A DNA stretch of 64,000 nucleotides. It comes from Vicugna vicugna. Lineage: Eukaryota. A model generated the notes under the pieces. The model saw only the letters and a program-made list of their open reading frames with translations, was not told the origin of the DNA and did not search any database. Position 1 is the stretch's first letter; every line of letters starts with the position of its first letter. This document shows positions 24,480 to 37,605 of this stretch, one piece after another. The stretch spans positions 684,001 through 748,000 of the forward strand of contig MU058009.1 in the NCBI GenBank assembly GCA_013265495.1. Reading direction: 5' to 3'. The translations under genes were made by a program, and so were the position numbers.

Positions 24480-27423
24480 TCTCCTAACCGAACCAAGCAG
24501 GTGACTTCTGGGATTTCTAGTGACAGGCCTCTTGGCCACCTGCAGGGAGGTGTGAGCACACATGTTGCACACTCTCCTTTGTAGATTACTCCTGGAGACA
24601 CGGATAGAATCTAATTGGCAGGGACAAGGTGATGAGGCTACAGTTGAAAAGAAATTTTTCAGCTAAGGGGAACAAGGTCAAGGACACTCCAGGTGAAGGC
24701 GAGTGTTTAAGGAATGCAAAGAAGCCTGTCCAAATATGAGCTGGATGCGAAATACTTACCCCATAACTTAAAACAGGCTGATGACTGTCTCTGATGACGA
24801 TGGTGCTGATGTTGAGGATGGTGATGGGGCTGAGCATGACAAAGAGGAAGAAGACAGGGATGAAGATGGTGATGAAGACGGTAGCAGCGACAAAGCCGTG
24901 GTTTAAGGACCTCCTTCCACTTTGTAGTTTATTTGGTGAGCTCTCAGAGGAAACTCTTCCTGTTAATCATCAGGCTCTTTTGAGAGTAAAGTTACAAATA
25001 ACTAAAGCAAACAAACAAGCGAAACTCAGGTCAGTGTCACCTGAGACGGCTTCCCCGACTTCCGAGCCATGGTTTCCCACCAGAAAGTCAAACTGCAGCT
25101 GCTCAGTATTGCAGATGGGAAGAGGCGACAGTTGCAAACAACTAGCAGGTTATTCTCTCGTTTCTGTGGAAGGAGGGCTGGTGTGTCCATGAGTTTAGGC
25201 CTAAGCTGCACAAGTGATGGAGACCGCTTCGGAGTCTCCAAGCTGCTTACAGGACATCCAAGGTCGTGTGTATTTATCTGGCTGGACTCTGCAGTTTCTA
25301 ACAGGACTTGTTTCCTCCTCCCTTTCAGTCTCCTTAATCAGTCCCTCTCCTCCTGGCATCAAGATCCTTGGCACATCTCAGATACTCGTCACTGAGCAGG
25401 CTGCCACACACATTCGCCTTCTTTCACCGTCCCCTTGGAAGCCCTCTCCTCGGTCGCTGATGCAAAGAGCAGGGCATCCTCTGAGGATTGGCAGGGTGAC
25501 CTTGGGCCAAGTCAGAGTTTATGTCTCAGTTTGCTCCAACGACGTAGAATTTTATCGATTATTTTTCGCTAATAAAACACTTTGCAATCACTGCGTAAAA
25601 CACAACAAGACAAACCCCACCCCCAACCACCACCAAAGCTCCGAACAGTGCGTGGCTACACCTACTGTCACGACAGCACGTTAAGAAAAGGTACCCGGAG
25701 CCTGATCACTATTTACCCTTTGAAGTTTCTATGCTTAGAAGGAACATTTTCTTTCAATGTTAATAATTAAAGTAAATTCCAAGCGCATTATACAGGCTCT
25801 TCAACTAAGACTATGCAGAGAGGGTTTTTAAAAACTTTTCTTGATGACTTAGTTTTTTTTTTCCCTTTTGCCTTTTTAGTAGTCTATGAAGCACTCTCAT
25901 CTTTGTACTACAAAACAGTTCTCATTAAGATTCAGAACTTGCCAGCAGTTGGATAAGATGAGATAAAGTCTCTCGTGGCGGTGCCCTGCTGACACAGGCA
26001 CCGATGCAGAGAGGGCAGGAAGGAAAGCCTTCTGGCTGAAGGTCTGTATTCTTTCCCGGAAGTCGGATTCAGTCCCAGGGACCAGCTGCAACTTGCTTCT
26101 GCCTCTGAAGGAAAGAGAAAGTTCTAAAACTCATGGTTTTAGGAGGGGGGCAAAGTCTCACTGAACATAACTTCGGATGTGCAGACGGAACATCTGACCT
26201 TCTTGTCATTACTGTCATTATCTGTTGACAAAATATATAATGAAACAGAAAAAAAGAAAGAGGAAAGCTGTAAAGCCCAAACTCCAAGTTTTCCTCCACG
26301 AAAGGAGAAGTAGAGGGAAGTAGAAGATAAGGGCCAGGCGGCTCTTCCTGTGCAGGAGATACTGGGACGGTTCTGAAACAGCACAGGTGGGGACCACCCT
26401 CACCCACCCGACAGGAGCAGTCAAGGTTGGAGAGGCTGGGAAGGGGCTTTTGGAGCCCTAAAGCATTACTTCTTCTTCGAGGCAGAATAAGGGAAGCTTC
26501 TAAGGGGGCTGGCTACCCAGAGAACCTGTCAGGAGCTCTCTAGAGCTTGGGAAATCTAAGGACTGCTGTCTAATCTCTGCCTGAGGAAGATGGAAGCTGA
26601 GGGTGGAGCTGGTTGCCTGGTACCAGCACAGAGAGGCTCTTGGGAGAGACGTCTCTTCTAATATGAAGGGAGACGCATCCCAGAGGCCACGCGTGGGTGT
26701 TGGCTTGGGGATGTCTGATGGGGATTCTGCTTGAGAGGAGCAAAACCCCCACAGTGAGCCCTGGATGGCTGGGCTTCTGGAAGGGAAGTCCTAGGTGGTC
26801 TCAGGAGGAAAGACTGCTCACATCCAGGGAGAAGCGGTGAAGGGTCCCAGCAGGAGGCTTTTAAAAGCAAAGACAACAAGCAAAATACAGCAAAAAGGCT
26901 AACAATTGTACACCTGCTCTCCAGAGGGTGCCCATCTCCAGATTACAACTGTACCTTCCGTGAATAATGGTGTAGTTTCCTTTTAATTCCCTCTCATCCT
27001 GGGCAGGGCGGGGGCGTAGGAAGGGAGCAGGCTGAGCAGTGGAAGGGGAGTGGTGGGTCCCCACTGCCTCACTGCAGGTGCTCAGGCTCGGGCTGAAGGA
27101 GAATCCTAAAGGGGAGCGAAGTTCGGCATTCTGACGATTAGACTGCGCTGGGTGCTTTTGGACTCAGTTACTGAATCGAGACTGCTTTTGTGATTAAAAG
27201 GAGCTTGGGTAGCTTTAAGACTTTCCTGAAATTTTATCCCAGGGATAGAGAAGACTAATCCAGAGTGATTTTGCAGGGACTTTGGAAGAAAGAATAAATT
27301 TACTCTTTTGATTGCACTTTATCCAGTCCAGTCCATTCAATAAAATAGTTACACATGTGAGACTGGTTTCCTAATGATATAGAAGCTATTGTCCTTAAAA
27401 TATAAATTCAGACATTCAAAACA

Positions 27424-27436
27424 TGTATGTGTGTGT

Positions 27437-27472
<36 letters not shown>

Positions 27473-27490
27473 GAGAAAGAGAGAGAGATA
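27424..27490. repeat. Compound (TG)n(GA)n microsatellite
   Basis: Directly visible. Confidence 0.9.
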
Positions 27491-27552
27491 AAGAGGGAAT
27501 AAATTGGAATTCATTCTTGAGTTAGAAAAGTCTTTCTGGCTCTTTAAAAATA

Positions 27553-27660
27553 TTATTGAATATAGTTCCCTGTGCTTTAGAGTAGGTCTTTGTTGTTTAT
27601 CTGTTTTCAATATAGTGTGTGTGCCTGCTAATCCTAAACTCCTAAGTCACCCCCACCCCC
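27553..27660 (-). mobile_element. L1 3'UTR fragment
   Basis: ttattgaatatagttccctgtgctttagagtaggtctttgttgtttatctgtttt is the reverse complement of the L1 3'UTR motif aacaaggtcctactgtatagcacagggaactatattcaa. Confidence 0.75.
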
Positions 27661-29993
27661 AGTCTGGCTTTTACTTTGCTGGTTGCGTAACCATTCTAAG
27701 CCTGAGTCGGTTTCTTCGTCCGCCAGGTGGGGGCGGTAGTGACGCTGACTCCGGGGGAGTCTTGCAAGGATGAGCTAATGCTTGCCAAGCACTTATTAGG
27801 TCTATTACACAGCAAGCGCTCAATACACATGAGCTCTTCTAAGGGTTCTCTGCTTCTCACCCACTTCTCTCCACTCCCCACACCGTCGAGTCTGGGCCAC
27901 ACCCTTTCCCCCCGCCACCTCCAGCCAGCATCCACGCCAGAGGAGATGGCGTGGACCTGGTTTGTCTCTTTATCCTCTAAAACTCATAGAACATTTAGTG
28001 TCCAATAGCTACGTTTTGAATGAGTGAGATGAAGGTGAAGCAAGTGCAGATGCTAAGTTAAAAACAATGAACTAATACATGATAAATCAGGATGGAAACA
28101 GCTGCAGAAAGTCTAGAGAATGTGGGGGTTCAGAAGGCTGACAGTCCGCCCAGCTCTGGGTGGGCTGTGAGGGGGTGAGTTCAGGATTCCTGGAGTGGTT
28201 GACAGTCAAACGCCCCAGGAATTTCCATCCATCCATTCATCCTTTTTTCTTTCATTCACTCAAGAAACAGTTGAGTGCCTCATCTGTTTGCAGTCTTTCA
28301 GCCGCTGATTATAACTAACAAATCAGGCACAGACTGTCCCGTAGGATCATGAGGGTTCCCTGCTCGGGAGACGAGTGTGGAGCCTTGGGCTGGGGGAACG
28401 CAGCCCAGTAATGTGGGCCACAGTTCGTGGTGAAGTCCGCGCTCCTGGGCCCCGACTGGGGCAGCTCACAGAAGGCAGGCAGAGGCCAAGGCTTACTGGC
28501 TGGATGCTAAGCAGCTCATAAGGGTCTGCAGAGTGTAAGACAGCTTTAGGTCAAGGTCAGACTAGCAGGAGAGTTCAACTCCAGCTGCATGACAGGGAAG
28601 GAAGGGCAGGGCCGCAACCAAAGCAAATTCTATGCCCTTTGTTATTATTACTATTTTTAGGAAGATGTTTTCCTCTTCTTTCCTTTCTTTTGTTTCCTCG
28701 AAGAGACCTTTTTTTGTTGTTTCTGAGGGCGCTGACGGGTGCCCAGTGAGGCCGCGGGGCTGGGTGTCTGTGCCGTCAGTATGGGAGCCGTCTGTCTGTC
28801 GAGATGTCAGTCCTTGTGGAGGGGACTTCAGAGTCCGCCCAGGCCAGACCCAAGGCTCTGAGTGCGCAGCAGCCTTTGTGGAGCTGGTGCGCGGTGGAGA
28901 GGGCGCCCATGGCAATCTGCACCAGGAAAGTTCTAGAACTTTACCTTTTACCTCCCCCACTCAAGTCTACGCCCTCTGTCTCAGAAGCATTTGTAGGAAG
29001 CCCTGTCGCAGCGGCTTTCTCTGCTCTTTGCAATCTGCCTTCGGTTAGACAATCATTTTTCCTTAAAGAAGATCATAGGTTTTAGGTTGAGGTTCCAGAG
29101 TTCTGAACGACTCCTCTGTTGACCATTGCACTTAATGCAAACCTTTCTTCTTGGTGCCAAACCCGCTTGATAGATAATCACTTTTCTGCCATTTATATGT
29201 GTTTTAGAGAAATGTGTATTTATTGACTGTTCTCTGAGAATACATTCTCTGGTAAAATTTTTGCTTAAAAGGTGCATTATCCTTCATAGATTGGCATCCG
29301 CATTTGGAAACAAAAGGAAATAAGTCCTTTAAAAAAAAACAGAGCTGCAGAGTAGCTATCGGAACTCTGAAATTGCTGGGTTCAAAAGTTCTCTGACACC
29401 TTCCCAGCTGGGGAAGGGCTCTGGGTGGAGAGCCCACTGGTCTGGGAGTCGGAGTCCTGCGTTCTTTCCCCGTGACTTCCCTCGTCTGGGTGACATCAAT
29501 TTAGAGCACGTGAAAATGGCAAGTGACATCACGGTATGAGGAAGAGAATGAACTGCATCTAGGTGTTCTTGCCACGATAAAACTTGTGGACTCCCTTACA
29601 CAGTCTCAGCATCCTTCTTCTCTGACTATGAAAGCATAGAACTGACAGTCTGAGCAGCTCAACCGACGGATTGCAGCCTCTCCCACTTTGTTCGCTGTTT
29701 CCTTCTGTTTATTCGTTCAATTCATGTATATGCTTATCCCTTCACTCATTCAATGGTTCATTCATTTGTGGAGCCAAGATATCATTTGTTCTTTGATCAA
29801 ATGATAGAGGGGTGCCGTGTGATCAAAACTCAGGCAAATTTCCTGAAAGCTTTCTCTCCTGGAAAGCTACCTGCTTGGAAGAATGCAGCCCTTAGGTCTG
29901 ATGGACACATGTGTTATGGCCTTGAAGGAAGCCCCAAAACGTTAACGTTTGGCCCAAGTAACTTTCAATTTTGGGAAGTAAAGGGTACCAAGG

Positions 29994-30815
29994 TGTGAGA
30001 TAATAGAAAATATACATTGGTTTTTGCTCCTGGTTCCTGACACAGGACTCCTGATCCCCTTGTAATTTCCTGGGTGATAAGAGTGACCTTTGTTCTAATG
30101 AGGTGACTTTAGGTGGGCTCTTGGGAAAGGGTTGGTCACCAGAAAGACCAACCTGTGATTGAAAGCTTGGAATTTTCAGCTCTGCCCTCCATTCTCCTGA
30201 GAAGGAGTTAATAATCGATTATGCCTACATGTTGAAGGCTCTATAAAAGTCCCAAAAGCACAGGGTTTGGAGAGCTTTGGGGTTGGTAACATATGGAGAT
30301 GCTAGAAGAGTGGTGTTCCTGAAGAGGGCGTGGAGTTTCCACTCATGTGTTGCCCTGTGCATCGCTTCCTTCTGGGTGTTCATCTGTATCCTTTATCATA
30401 TCCCTTTATACTGAACTGGTGGGTGTAAGAGTTCCATGAGCCACTCTAGTAAATTAACTGAACACAGAGAAGGAGTCGTGGAACCTCTGATCTACAGCTG
30501 GTTGGTCAGAAGCACAGGTAACAACCTGGACTCGTGAGGGCATCTGAAGAGTGTGTGCGTGTGTGTGTGTGTGTGTTGGGGGTGGTGGGAGGCAGTCTTG
30601 TGGGATTGAGCCCTTAACCTGTGGGACCTGACACTACCTCTTAGCAGACAGTGTCAGAGTTGAGTTGAGTGGTAAGGACACCCAACTGGGGTCACAGAGA
30701 ATTGTTTCATGTGGGGAAAGTCCTTCACGCATTTGATGACCAGAAGTGAAGCGTCAAAAGTGTTCTCCATGGAGGTAAAGGAGACACACAGGGAGCTGGG
30801 TTTTTCCCTTACGCA
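29994..30815 (+). mobile_element. ERVL-class solo LTR (MER21B/C-like)
   Basis: tcctggttcctgacacag...ggtcaccagaaagacca...ggttggtcagaagcacaggtaacaacctgga...gagcccttaacctgtggga...cagtgtcagagttgagttga; near full length, with internal TATAAAA at ~30242. Confidence 0.8.
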
Positions 30816-32578
30816 GGAAGGAGAAGCTGCAGGTTTTTCCATCACACAAGGTGAAGGCTGTCTAATTACTGACAGCGATGACAAACTGAACTCTTGACAA
30901 TTTGCCAGGAACTTAGTAGCCAAGACGGGTATTTCACAGGTGGTACTAGAGATGAGACCCATCAAAAAGCCCGAATAAGAGTTTTTCCTTCAACTGAGAT
31001 TTGACAAAAGGAAAACAATTCCTCACGAGCTTTTCAAAGGTAATAGACTTGAATTGAGGATCAGGTGATGAATTGTGAGAACAGAGGAAAGAAAAGGCAC
31101 TACTACCTTTCTCTCAACCCGGTGAAACTTGATGAATGCGGTAAAGGTCAGGAGGACCCAGATGGACACGTTCATTCAGGTCCTGGACACTTACCAGGGG
31201 CTCAGTCGGCAAAGGAACAATGCAGTCCCAGAGCCCATGCACGGGAGGGGGTGGTGCTGTCAGAATCTCCAGGCAGAAAATGACTCGATCCTTAGTCCAG
31301 AACTAAAAGCCCGGGGAGAGCCAGAAGAAATACCAGCGAGGAAGGAACAGGCCATGACAGAAGACAGCCTGAAGAAGAAGCACCTCTGCCCCCTAACTCT
31401 CTGGGTCTTGGTGTCCTCATCCGTCCAAGGAAAAGGAATTGGAGTAAAATCACAGCCTATATCACCCCCAGGGACCTACGACACCAGCAGATGGGGGACA
31501 CACATCAAACAGGGAGCGACAGGGACTGCGTTCCACTGGGAGAAGCACCTGGAGAGAGAGAGTGTTTCTGAAGCCAGCTCCACGTTTAGCCCTGGGCCAT
31601 TCATTTACAGCCCCTGGACTAAACGGGTTTAATTTGCCATCCTCAGAGATCTATCAAATTCCTCTAAATTTAGCAAGGTGTGGTTCATTGCCATGTTGCT
31701 GAAAACGATCTACTGGTCAGAGTCAGATTTTATGGGCCTCAAACAACTTCCCATGAGTATTTTTCCCCAGGAAAGTCCTGCTGTAGCCCTCGCACTTTCC
31801 ATTGCTTTGCTAAGTGAGCCAGCGGAAGGTCCCAGGTAGACAACCAGTCCCCGAATTCTTACTCCGAGGGGCCATCTTGTTGCCAAATATTATCCAAGAG
31901 CCTGGTGTGAGCCCTCACCCAGAAGCAGCCCTGCTGACAGCTATTGTCTCACGAAGGGGGTCCTCCCTCCTTCCTCCCGGCTCCAGGGCAATGGCTCGGT
32001 TCCTAGTGCCAGCGGCATCCTGTTTACAGATTAACACGAGTCTCCATAGCTCAGCCCCAGTATCTCTGTGACTCGCAGTCCAAGTCCAGGTGCAATGAAT
32101 CCCCTTCAGTGTAGACTCACCTTGGCTGTCTGGCCATGGACCTGCCGCTCACCCCAGGCCTTCAGCAAGACGTGCAGCTCTCTAAAGGTCTTGGTTTCTC
32201 TCCTTGGTGGGGCAGCTCACTTACTGCACCACAGGGGTCCTGATCTCCATGGCCCTGGCACCTAGGAGCCGCCTTTCTTACCCAGCGCATGGAAGGCATG
32301 GGCAGGGAGGGGTTAGTCCCTACTTGCAGGGCTTCCGTGGTTGGATCCTTTGGACTTCCCAGACCAGCCAAAGGGAGGTCGATGAGTTGGTTTCTTCCGC
32401 CTAAGTTCCCCAGGGCCCCGGGCAGCTGCCCAGTAAATAAATATTTTCCTTAGATTCTACTGACAAGCAGAAATGTCTCATCATTCACCTCCAGATATAA
32501 AGGAGTCTTTCTTTAACTCTCCTTCGCAGGGCTCAGATCTTGCTTTCCCTGGCTTGGCTATCAGCCAAAACATCTCAC

Positions 32579-32863
32579 CTTTCCCCTTTCTTTCCATGTG
32601 AAAAGCAGAAAGAGGTAGGAGGAAAAAGTTGGCATGTTAACCTTCTCCCTACCCCCCTTTCTTTTTCTGAAGTTTGGAGGTGAGGAGGCTGCATGATTAA
32701 ACACACCCGCCGGGCTTCTCCATCTTCCCAGCAGTGAGAGCGAAGATGGAGGGCACAGCCTGGAGCCGCGCTGCTGGTCCTCGCCAGGCGGGGGTGCGGC
32801 GCGGGAACCCGGGTGCCATCAGTAAAGCCAGACGCGACGTTATATACGAGGTCTCATTTGCAT
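32579..32863 (-). promoter_or_regulatory. Candidate Pol II promoter (octamer + TATA) and first exon on the minus strand
   Basis: Minus strand reads ATGCAAAT(32863-32856)GAGACCTCG-TATATAA(32846-32840), then a CpG-rich tract (32765-32835) and a strong donor AAG|GTGAGA at 32579/32578. Confidence 0.45.
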
Positions 32864-33800
32864 CTTTAGCTGCAACATCAGGGATTTTTCTTTTTTTGGT
32901 AATCTTTTTTATTTGGGGGATTTCTGGCCTTCCTTGTTAAGTTGCTCTCTAGGGAGGAAGCAATATTTCATAGTTCAGGTTGGGTTTTCTATGGAGGTGG
33001 GACTGACGGGAGTGTAGGACATGATTAATTTTGCGTTGGTCCTACAGTCTCTGCTTCTTGAGAATCTGTTACTTTCTTCTCAAGACGTTACTGAGTGCTT
33101 CTTGTGGGAAGCCAACTCGTAAGTGTGTTGGGACCCAGTTACAGGTGCGTAATGAGGAGACGGGGTCCTCAGGATTGGCTGAGAGAAGACCTGTGAGTAA
33201 GACTCTGGAGGCAATCTTCTCGATCTGTAAAATGGGAACAACGCATTGGGTCTTCATGATCGTGATGCTTGGAGGAACATTCTTGGATAGGACCGTTCTG
33301 CATATGCCATGCCTGTCTGCGTTCACACACACGCACGCGCGTGTACACACACGCTCGCACACAGTGCAGACAAAGTCATTTTGTGCTGAAGAGCTTGCCT
33401 GCCTGGAACACCGAGGCACAGGGCTCTCAGAAAGGACGGGGGCGGAAGCTGGCAGGCGACGTAACCGCTGACCACAGCAGTAGTCGTGGAAGCTCTGGCT
33501 TGGCTTCCTGGCGTGGGGCCGCCTTGGACCCTCACTCTGAAACTGGGCCCCCTTGTCCTTCTTCCTGATAAGCCATGCCGCCTGAGAGGCTCTGCAGTCT
33601 TTCCACACCACCTATTAGACAGATAAGAACGTGGGAGTGCAGATAACCAGACGGCGAGCTTCCAAAGTAAAACCAGGAGGGATGGACTTTAGCCTAACAA
33701 CTGGCAAGTCTGGGCTGAGATGACATTTTAATTTCAACCAAGTTAGCTTATTAAATGAGCTTATGGCTTCTTAGAAATGAAAGCTCATTAGAAACCAACA

Positions 33801-33950
33801 TATACAAGATCTTGTGGTAGCTCACAGAGAAAAAAATGTGACAATGAATACATGTATGTTCACATATAACTGAAAAATTGTGCACTACACCAGAAATTGA
33901 CACAACATTGTAAAATGACTATAACTCAATAAAAAGATGTTAAAAAAAAA
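33801..33950 (+). mobile_element. Severely 5'-truncated young L1 3' end (camelid-type)
   Basis: tatacaagatcttgtggtagctcacag...aactgaaaaattgtgcactacaccagaaattgacacaacattgtaaaatgactataactcaataaaaa plus poly(A). Confidence 0.85.
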
Positions 33951-34344
33951 ACCACTCAGGCCAGCCACTTCCTTTTCTAAATGAAGAAACTGAACCCCAG
34001 AGTAGTTTGTCTTTCTTCCACTTTTTGTTACGTTTTGCTAGCAGCTCCAGGGTTCTCGGTGCTTCCATTCTGCCTAAGGAAAAATCACCTTAAAAGCTCA
34101 AACTTAGCAAGGTTTTGGAGATCTCTGGTTTTTCTCCACCCAGAGGTTATATATTCAAAATGATCAGTAAGTAAAGGAGAATATTTTTTTTTTACAAAAG
34201 ACATTTAATCTTTATGTACTTTTATTTCAGTGAGGGAAATATGTTAAAATAGAGGGTCTTTATAGGTGCTCTTAAACATCACAGTCTTTTGTCTGTAAAA
34301 GACCATTGGGAGGATCCAATTTAATAATATTAGTAATAACTATT

Positions 34345-34520
34345 ATAATAATAAATAGCACTTATTGGACATTTAGGATGGCCTGGCATTGATTTATTGC
34401 CTTAAATGTTTAAACTCATTTAATATATCATAATAATGAGATCCTGTGAGTTAAGTGTTTTAATTATCCATATTCCTATTTAAAGACGTGGAAACCAAGC
34501 CACTAAGCTGGTAAGAGACG
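34345..34520 (-). mobile_element. MIR SINE
   Basis: aatagcacttattggacattt...aactcatttaat...cctatttaaagacgtggaaaccaag. Confidence 0.6.
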
Positions 34521-35849
34521 TGCATTGGGTGCTGGCTGTGTGCCAGGCTCTGCCTTGCTGGACACACCGGTTACAAGGAAGGCCGGGGTGGTGCCTCTAC
34601 CCTCACGGGGCTGATCCAGCAATGGAACAAATTGCATCCTTGTGCTGAGCTGACCCACCCCAGGGTCGTGGAGGCTTCAGGGAGGTCAGGAGAAGACGGG
34701 TCCAGAACACACCTGTTCTCCCGACAGGGGCTCTTTAACAAAGAATGGACACAGGGCTCACTAGTCACATTCCGGGAGAGACAGAAGGGAACACTTGGCT
34801 GTGTCTCCGGGAGAGGCATGTTGCGCAGGTTGTGGTGGCGGACGTTGTGGTGGCAGCAATTAACCTGCCCCTCTCTGCTCATGCTCAGGTCCCACCTTTG
34901 CCTCTGGTTTGTCCCCTAAAACCTGTTCTTATTGTATAGACATTTCTAAACATTGTTTGTTTTAATCAGGCTAACCCTATGAAGAGACAAAGTGAATCAA
35001 GATTGCAGAATTCTCTGTGTCTTAAGACTTACTCTTTCTCATTCATTGCATGAGGGGGTAAAGAGAGAGAGAGAGAGAGTGTGCGTGTGTGTGTGTGCAT
35101 GTATGTGTGTGTATTGGGTGTAGGCTTAAAACAGGCTCCATCCAATTGTCGGCGAGTCATGGTCTTTCCTCACAGGGGACCCCAGCCGCCTTCTCCGTGG
35201 GCCGCACTTGGCTGGGAGCTCCTCAGGGCCCTGTGATCCAGGGCACCTTGGCCTTCCTTTCTCTTACTCTGCTTCGGGCTTTTGAGCCGTTTCAATTTGC
35301 TGCCTTCTGGGAACTTTCCGGAAGTACAGAGCCTCCATTTATTATAATTTTGCATTTTGTTATTTATACTAAGAAGCCTTTGGATGTGAGCAGCTGCATG
35401 TTAGCATTCATTATGTCTGCAGTCTAGTGCATCAACATTTCTAAGAGCTGCACAGGGTTTCCTCTGCCCCACACAGACAGGTCACCCCACAGGGAGGGCC
35501 CTGTGGCCACAGACAATGCTCCCCTTCTTCCTGATCGAAGATGAGCTAGAGCCATGCTACAGGGACCTACTTACCAGTCCAGTATGTTTTCTTTAGGTCT
35601 TTAGCTACTCAAAAGGAATAGTTCTTCCTTCTCAATGCAGCATTTTTTTCTGTCCCTTTGAAATGGACAATTCTGGCAAAACCTGATGTTATAAACGGAT
35701 CAGCAAGCTTGACAGCAAGTGTAGCAATTCCTTCTGAGCGGAGGTTCAGCAAATGTTAAGAAAGCCTGTTGAGGATTAGAGATGCTTAGGAGCTATTTCT
35801 CTATTATCAGAGACACTGTGAGTTAAGATTAGTGGGAGAATCAATTAAT

Positions 35850-36130
35850 CGCCAAGTATTTATGAAGAACCTCCCCTATGATTGGCCTTATGACGATACA
35901 ACAATGCATCAAGCGTGTTTTTAATTTCACAGAGCTTGAAATCGACTTGGATAGTGCAAAGCACATGCTCCACAAAGCCCCACGCAACCCAAGGCAGTGC
36001 CTCCGTGATGTTTGGAAATGAGAAAGGTTGGACTGGGAAAAGAAACTTGAGCTGTGCCTCGAAGGATGAATTAGCTTTTGATGCGTGCAGAGAAGAAGGC
36101 TTTCCAGATCAGAGGAGCTCCATGTGTGTG
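35850..36130 (-). mobile_element. L2 LINE 3' fragment
   Basis: caagtatttatgaagaacctc...acttgagctgtgcctcgaaggatgaattag...ttccagatcagagg. Confidence 0.55.
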
Positions 36131-36709
36131 TCTTTGATTTCTCTCTTACTCCCTTATTGCTAATTGGTTGACAGGTTTGTCACTTTTATTTCTGCAGTGT
36201 TATTCAATCCATTGTCAAGGGGCTGGTTTTGTGTTTATTAGCTTGTTTGTTTCCTGAGCACAGACCCCAGTACCTACTACGCAAAGTGGGAAATACTTAG
36301 ATAGAAGATTGTAATCAGATTGTCTTGAAGTACAAGAGGCCAGAGTTTAGGGCGCTCACAGCAACTGGAAAGTGAGGAGGAGGAGAATCCTTGAAAGGAG
36401 AGCCTGAGAGAGGGAGAGGGCACCCTCCCCCATACTGTAAATAAATCAACTGCCCAGATCTGTGACTAAGCCTTGAAATGTCCATGCCCCAGGTTGACTC
36501 CGAGCATCCCAGCCAAGACACAAAGAAGGGACAGAGGTTTCAGCATCTTCCCCTTCCCCAAACAGGTTGAGTTCTGAATCTACGTCTAGTTAGGTGGCTA
36601 CTAAAACAAAACAAAATCAAGACTCTTTGGAGGGATGTAACTGGATCCAGAGTTTCTGCAGTTTATCATACACAGTGTTTAGATGACAATCCTAATTTAT
36701 TAGACGCAG

Positions 36710-37605
36710 ACAAAAATGGTGGCACAGGAGACCCCAGCCTCCAGCCCCCTACAAAGATCAATGAACAAAAAGCAGCTCTGGAGTCCACATAAGAAACTTA
36801 GCAACACAGTGGAACAAAAAACCTGAGTGTAACCACACAAAAAGGGAAAAAAGAGAGCTTCATTTTGCCTGCATCATCCCACACCAGATCCTTCCCCCAA
36901 GCCAGCATTGCTCAGTGTCCAGAGGGCGCTTCCTAGGGAAACAGGTTCCCCTTCCAGCAGAACAGGAAAGGAAGATCCTCCACAGCCTTCAGGTCATCGC
37001 ACAAAGGTCCCGAATTGGTTCCACCCCACCCAGGCTGGCAGAGCTGAGCTGTGCAGAGACAGCTGGGGAGAAGGATGAAAATCATAAGCTACCAGTAGCA
37101 ACCCCACAGTGCGAGCAGTTGTGGTTCACAGAGACCTGCTCTGCAGACAAACCCAGCAGGTTGCAGCACCAACAAAGCCAACAGCCAGCACAGGTGCTGG
37201 GCACTCCCTGCACGTTTCCCCAGCTCTTATTCCACAGGGGTTCACCTTCGCTGCCACCACCCCTCTGCCCCCTCTCCCCTCCCCTCCCCTNNNNNNNNNN
37301 NNNNNNNNNNNTCCCCCACCCCTCCACCCACCAAGTTCAGGAACCGTATTAACAGCCAGCTCAGGGCCTCTGATTATAGTTAATAATACTATATTATATA
37401 TTTGAAACTTGCTGAGAGGATAAATCTTAGATGGAAAAGGAAATGGTAATTATGTGACACAGTGGAGGTGTTAGCTAATGCTGGGCTGGTAATCATCATG
37501 CAACATATATGTGTATTAATTCAACACATTGTACACCTTAAACTTACACAATGTTATATGTAAGTTATATCTCTGTCAATCTGGAACCAAATAAAAATAA
37601 AAACA
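36710..37605 (+). mobile_element. Internally deleted L1 (5'UTR joined to 3' end) with degenerate TSD
   Basis: 5' end caaaaatggtggcacaggagaccccagcc... (L1M 5'UTR-like); 3' end tatagttaataatactatattatatatttgaaacttgctgagagg...tacaccttaaacttacacaatgttatatg plus A tail; TSD aatttattagacgcag 36694-36709 / aatttactaggcatag 37606-37621. Confidence 0.65.
37291..37311. other. Assembly gap (21 N) within a C-rich low-complexity tract
   Basis: Run of n flanked by (CCCCT)n-like sequence. Confidence 1.

Noticed and set aside
24794..25192. 132-aa Met/Lys-rich ORF
   Set aside because: It derives from a degenerate (GAT/GAA)n low-complexity tract at ~24790-24890
33069..33611. Longest ORF (180 aa, - strand)
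   Set aside because: It runs through a MIR fragment and a (CA/CG) tract and shows no coding-like composition
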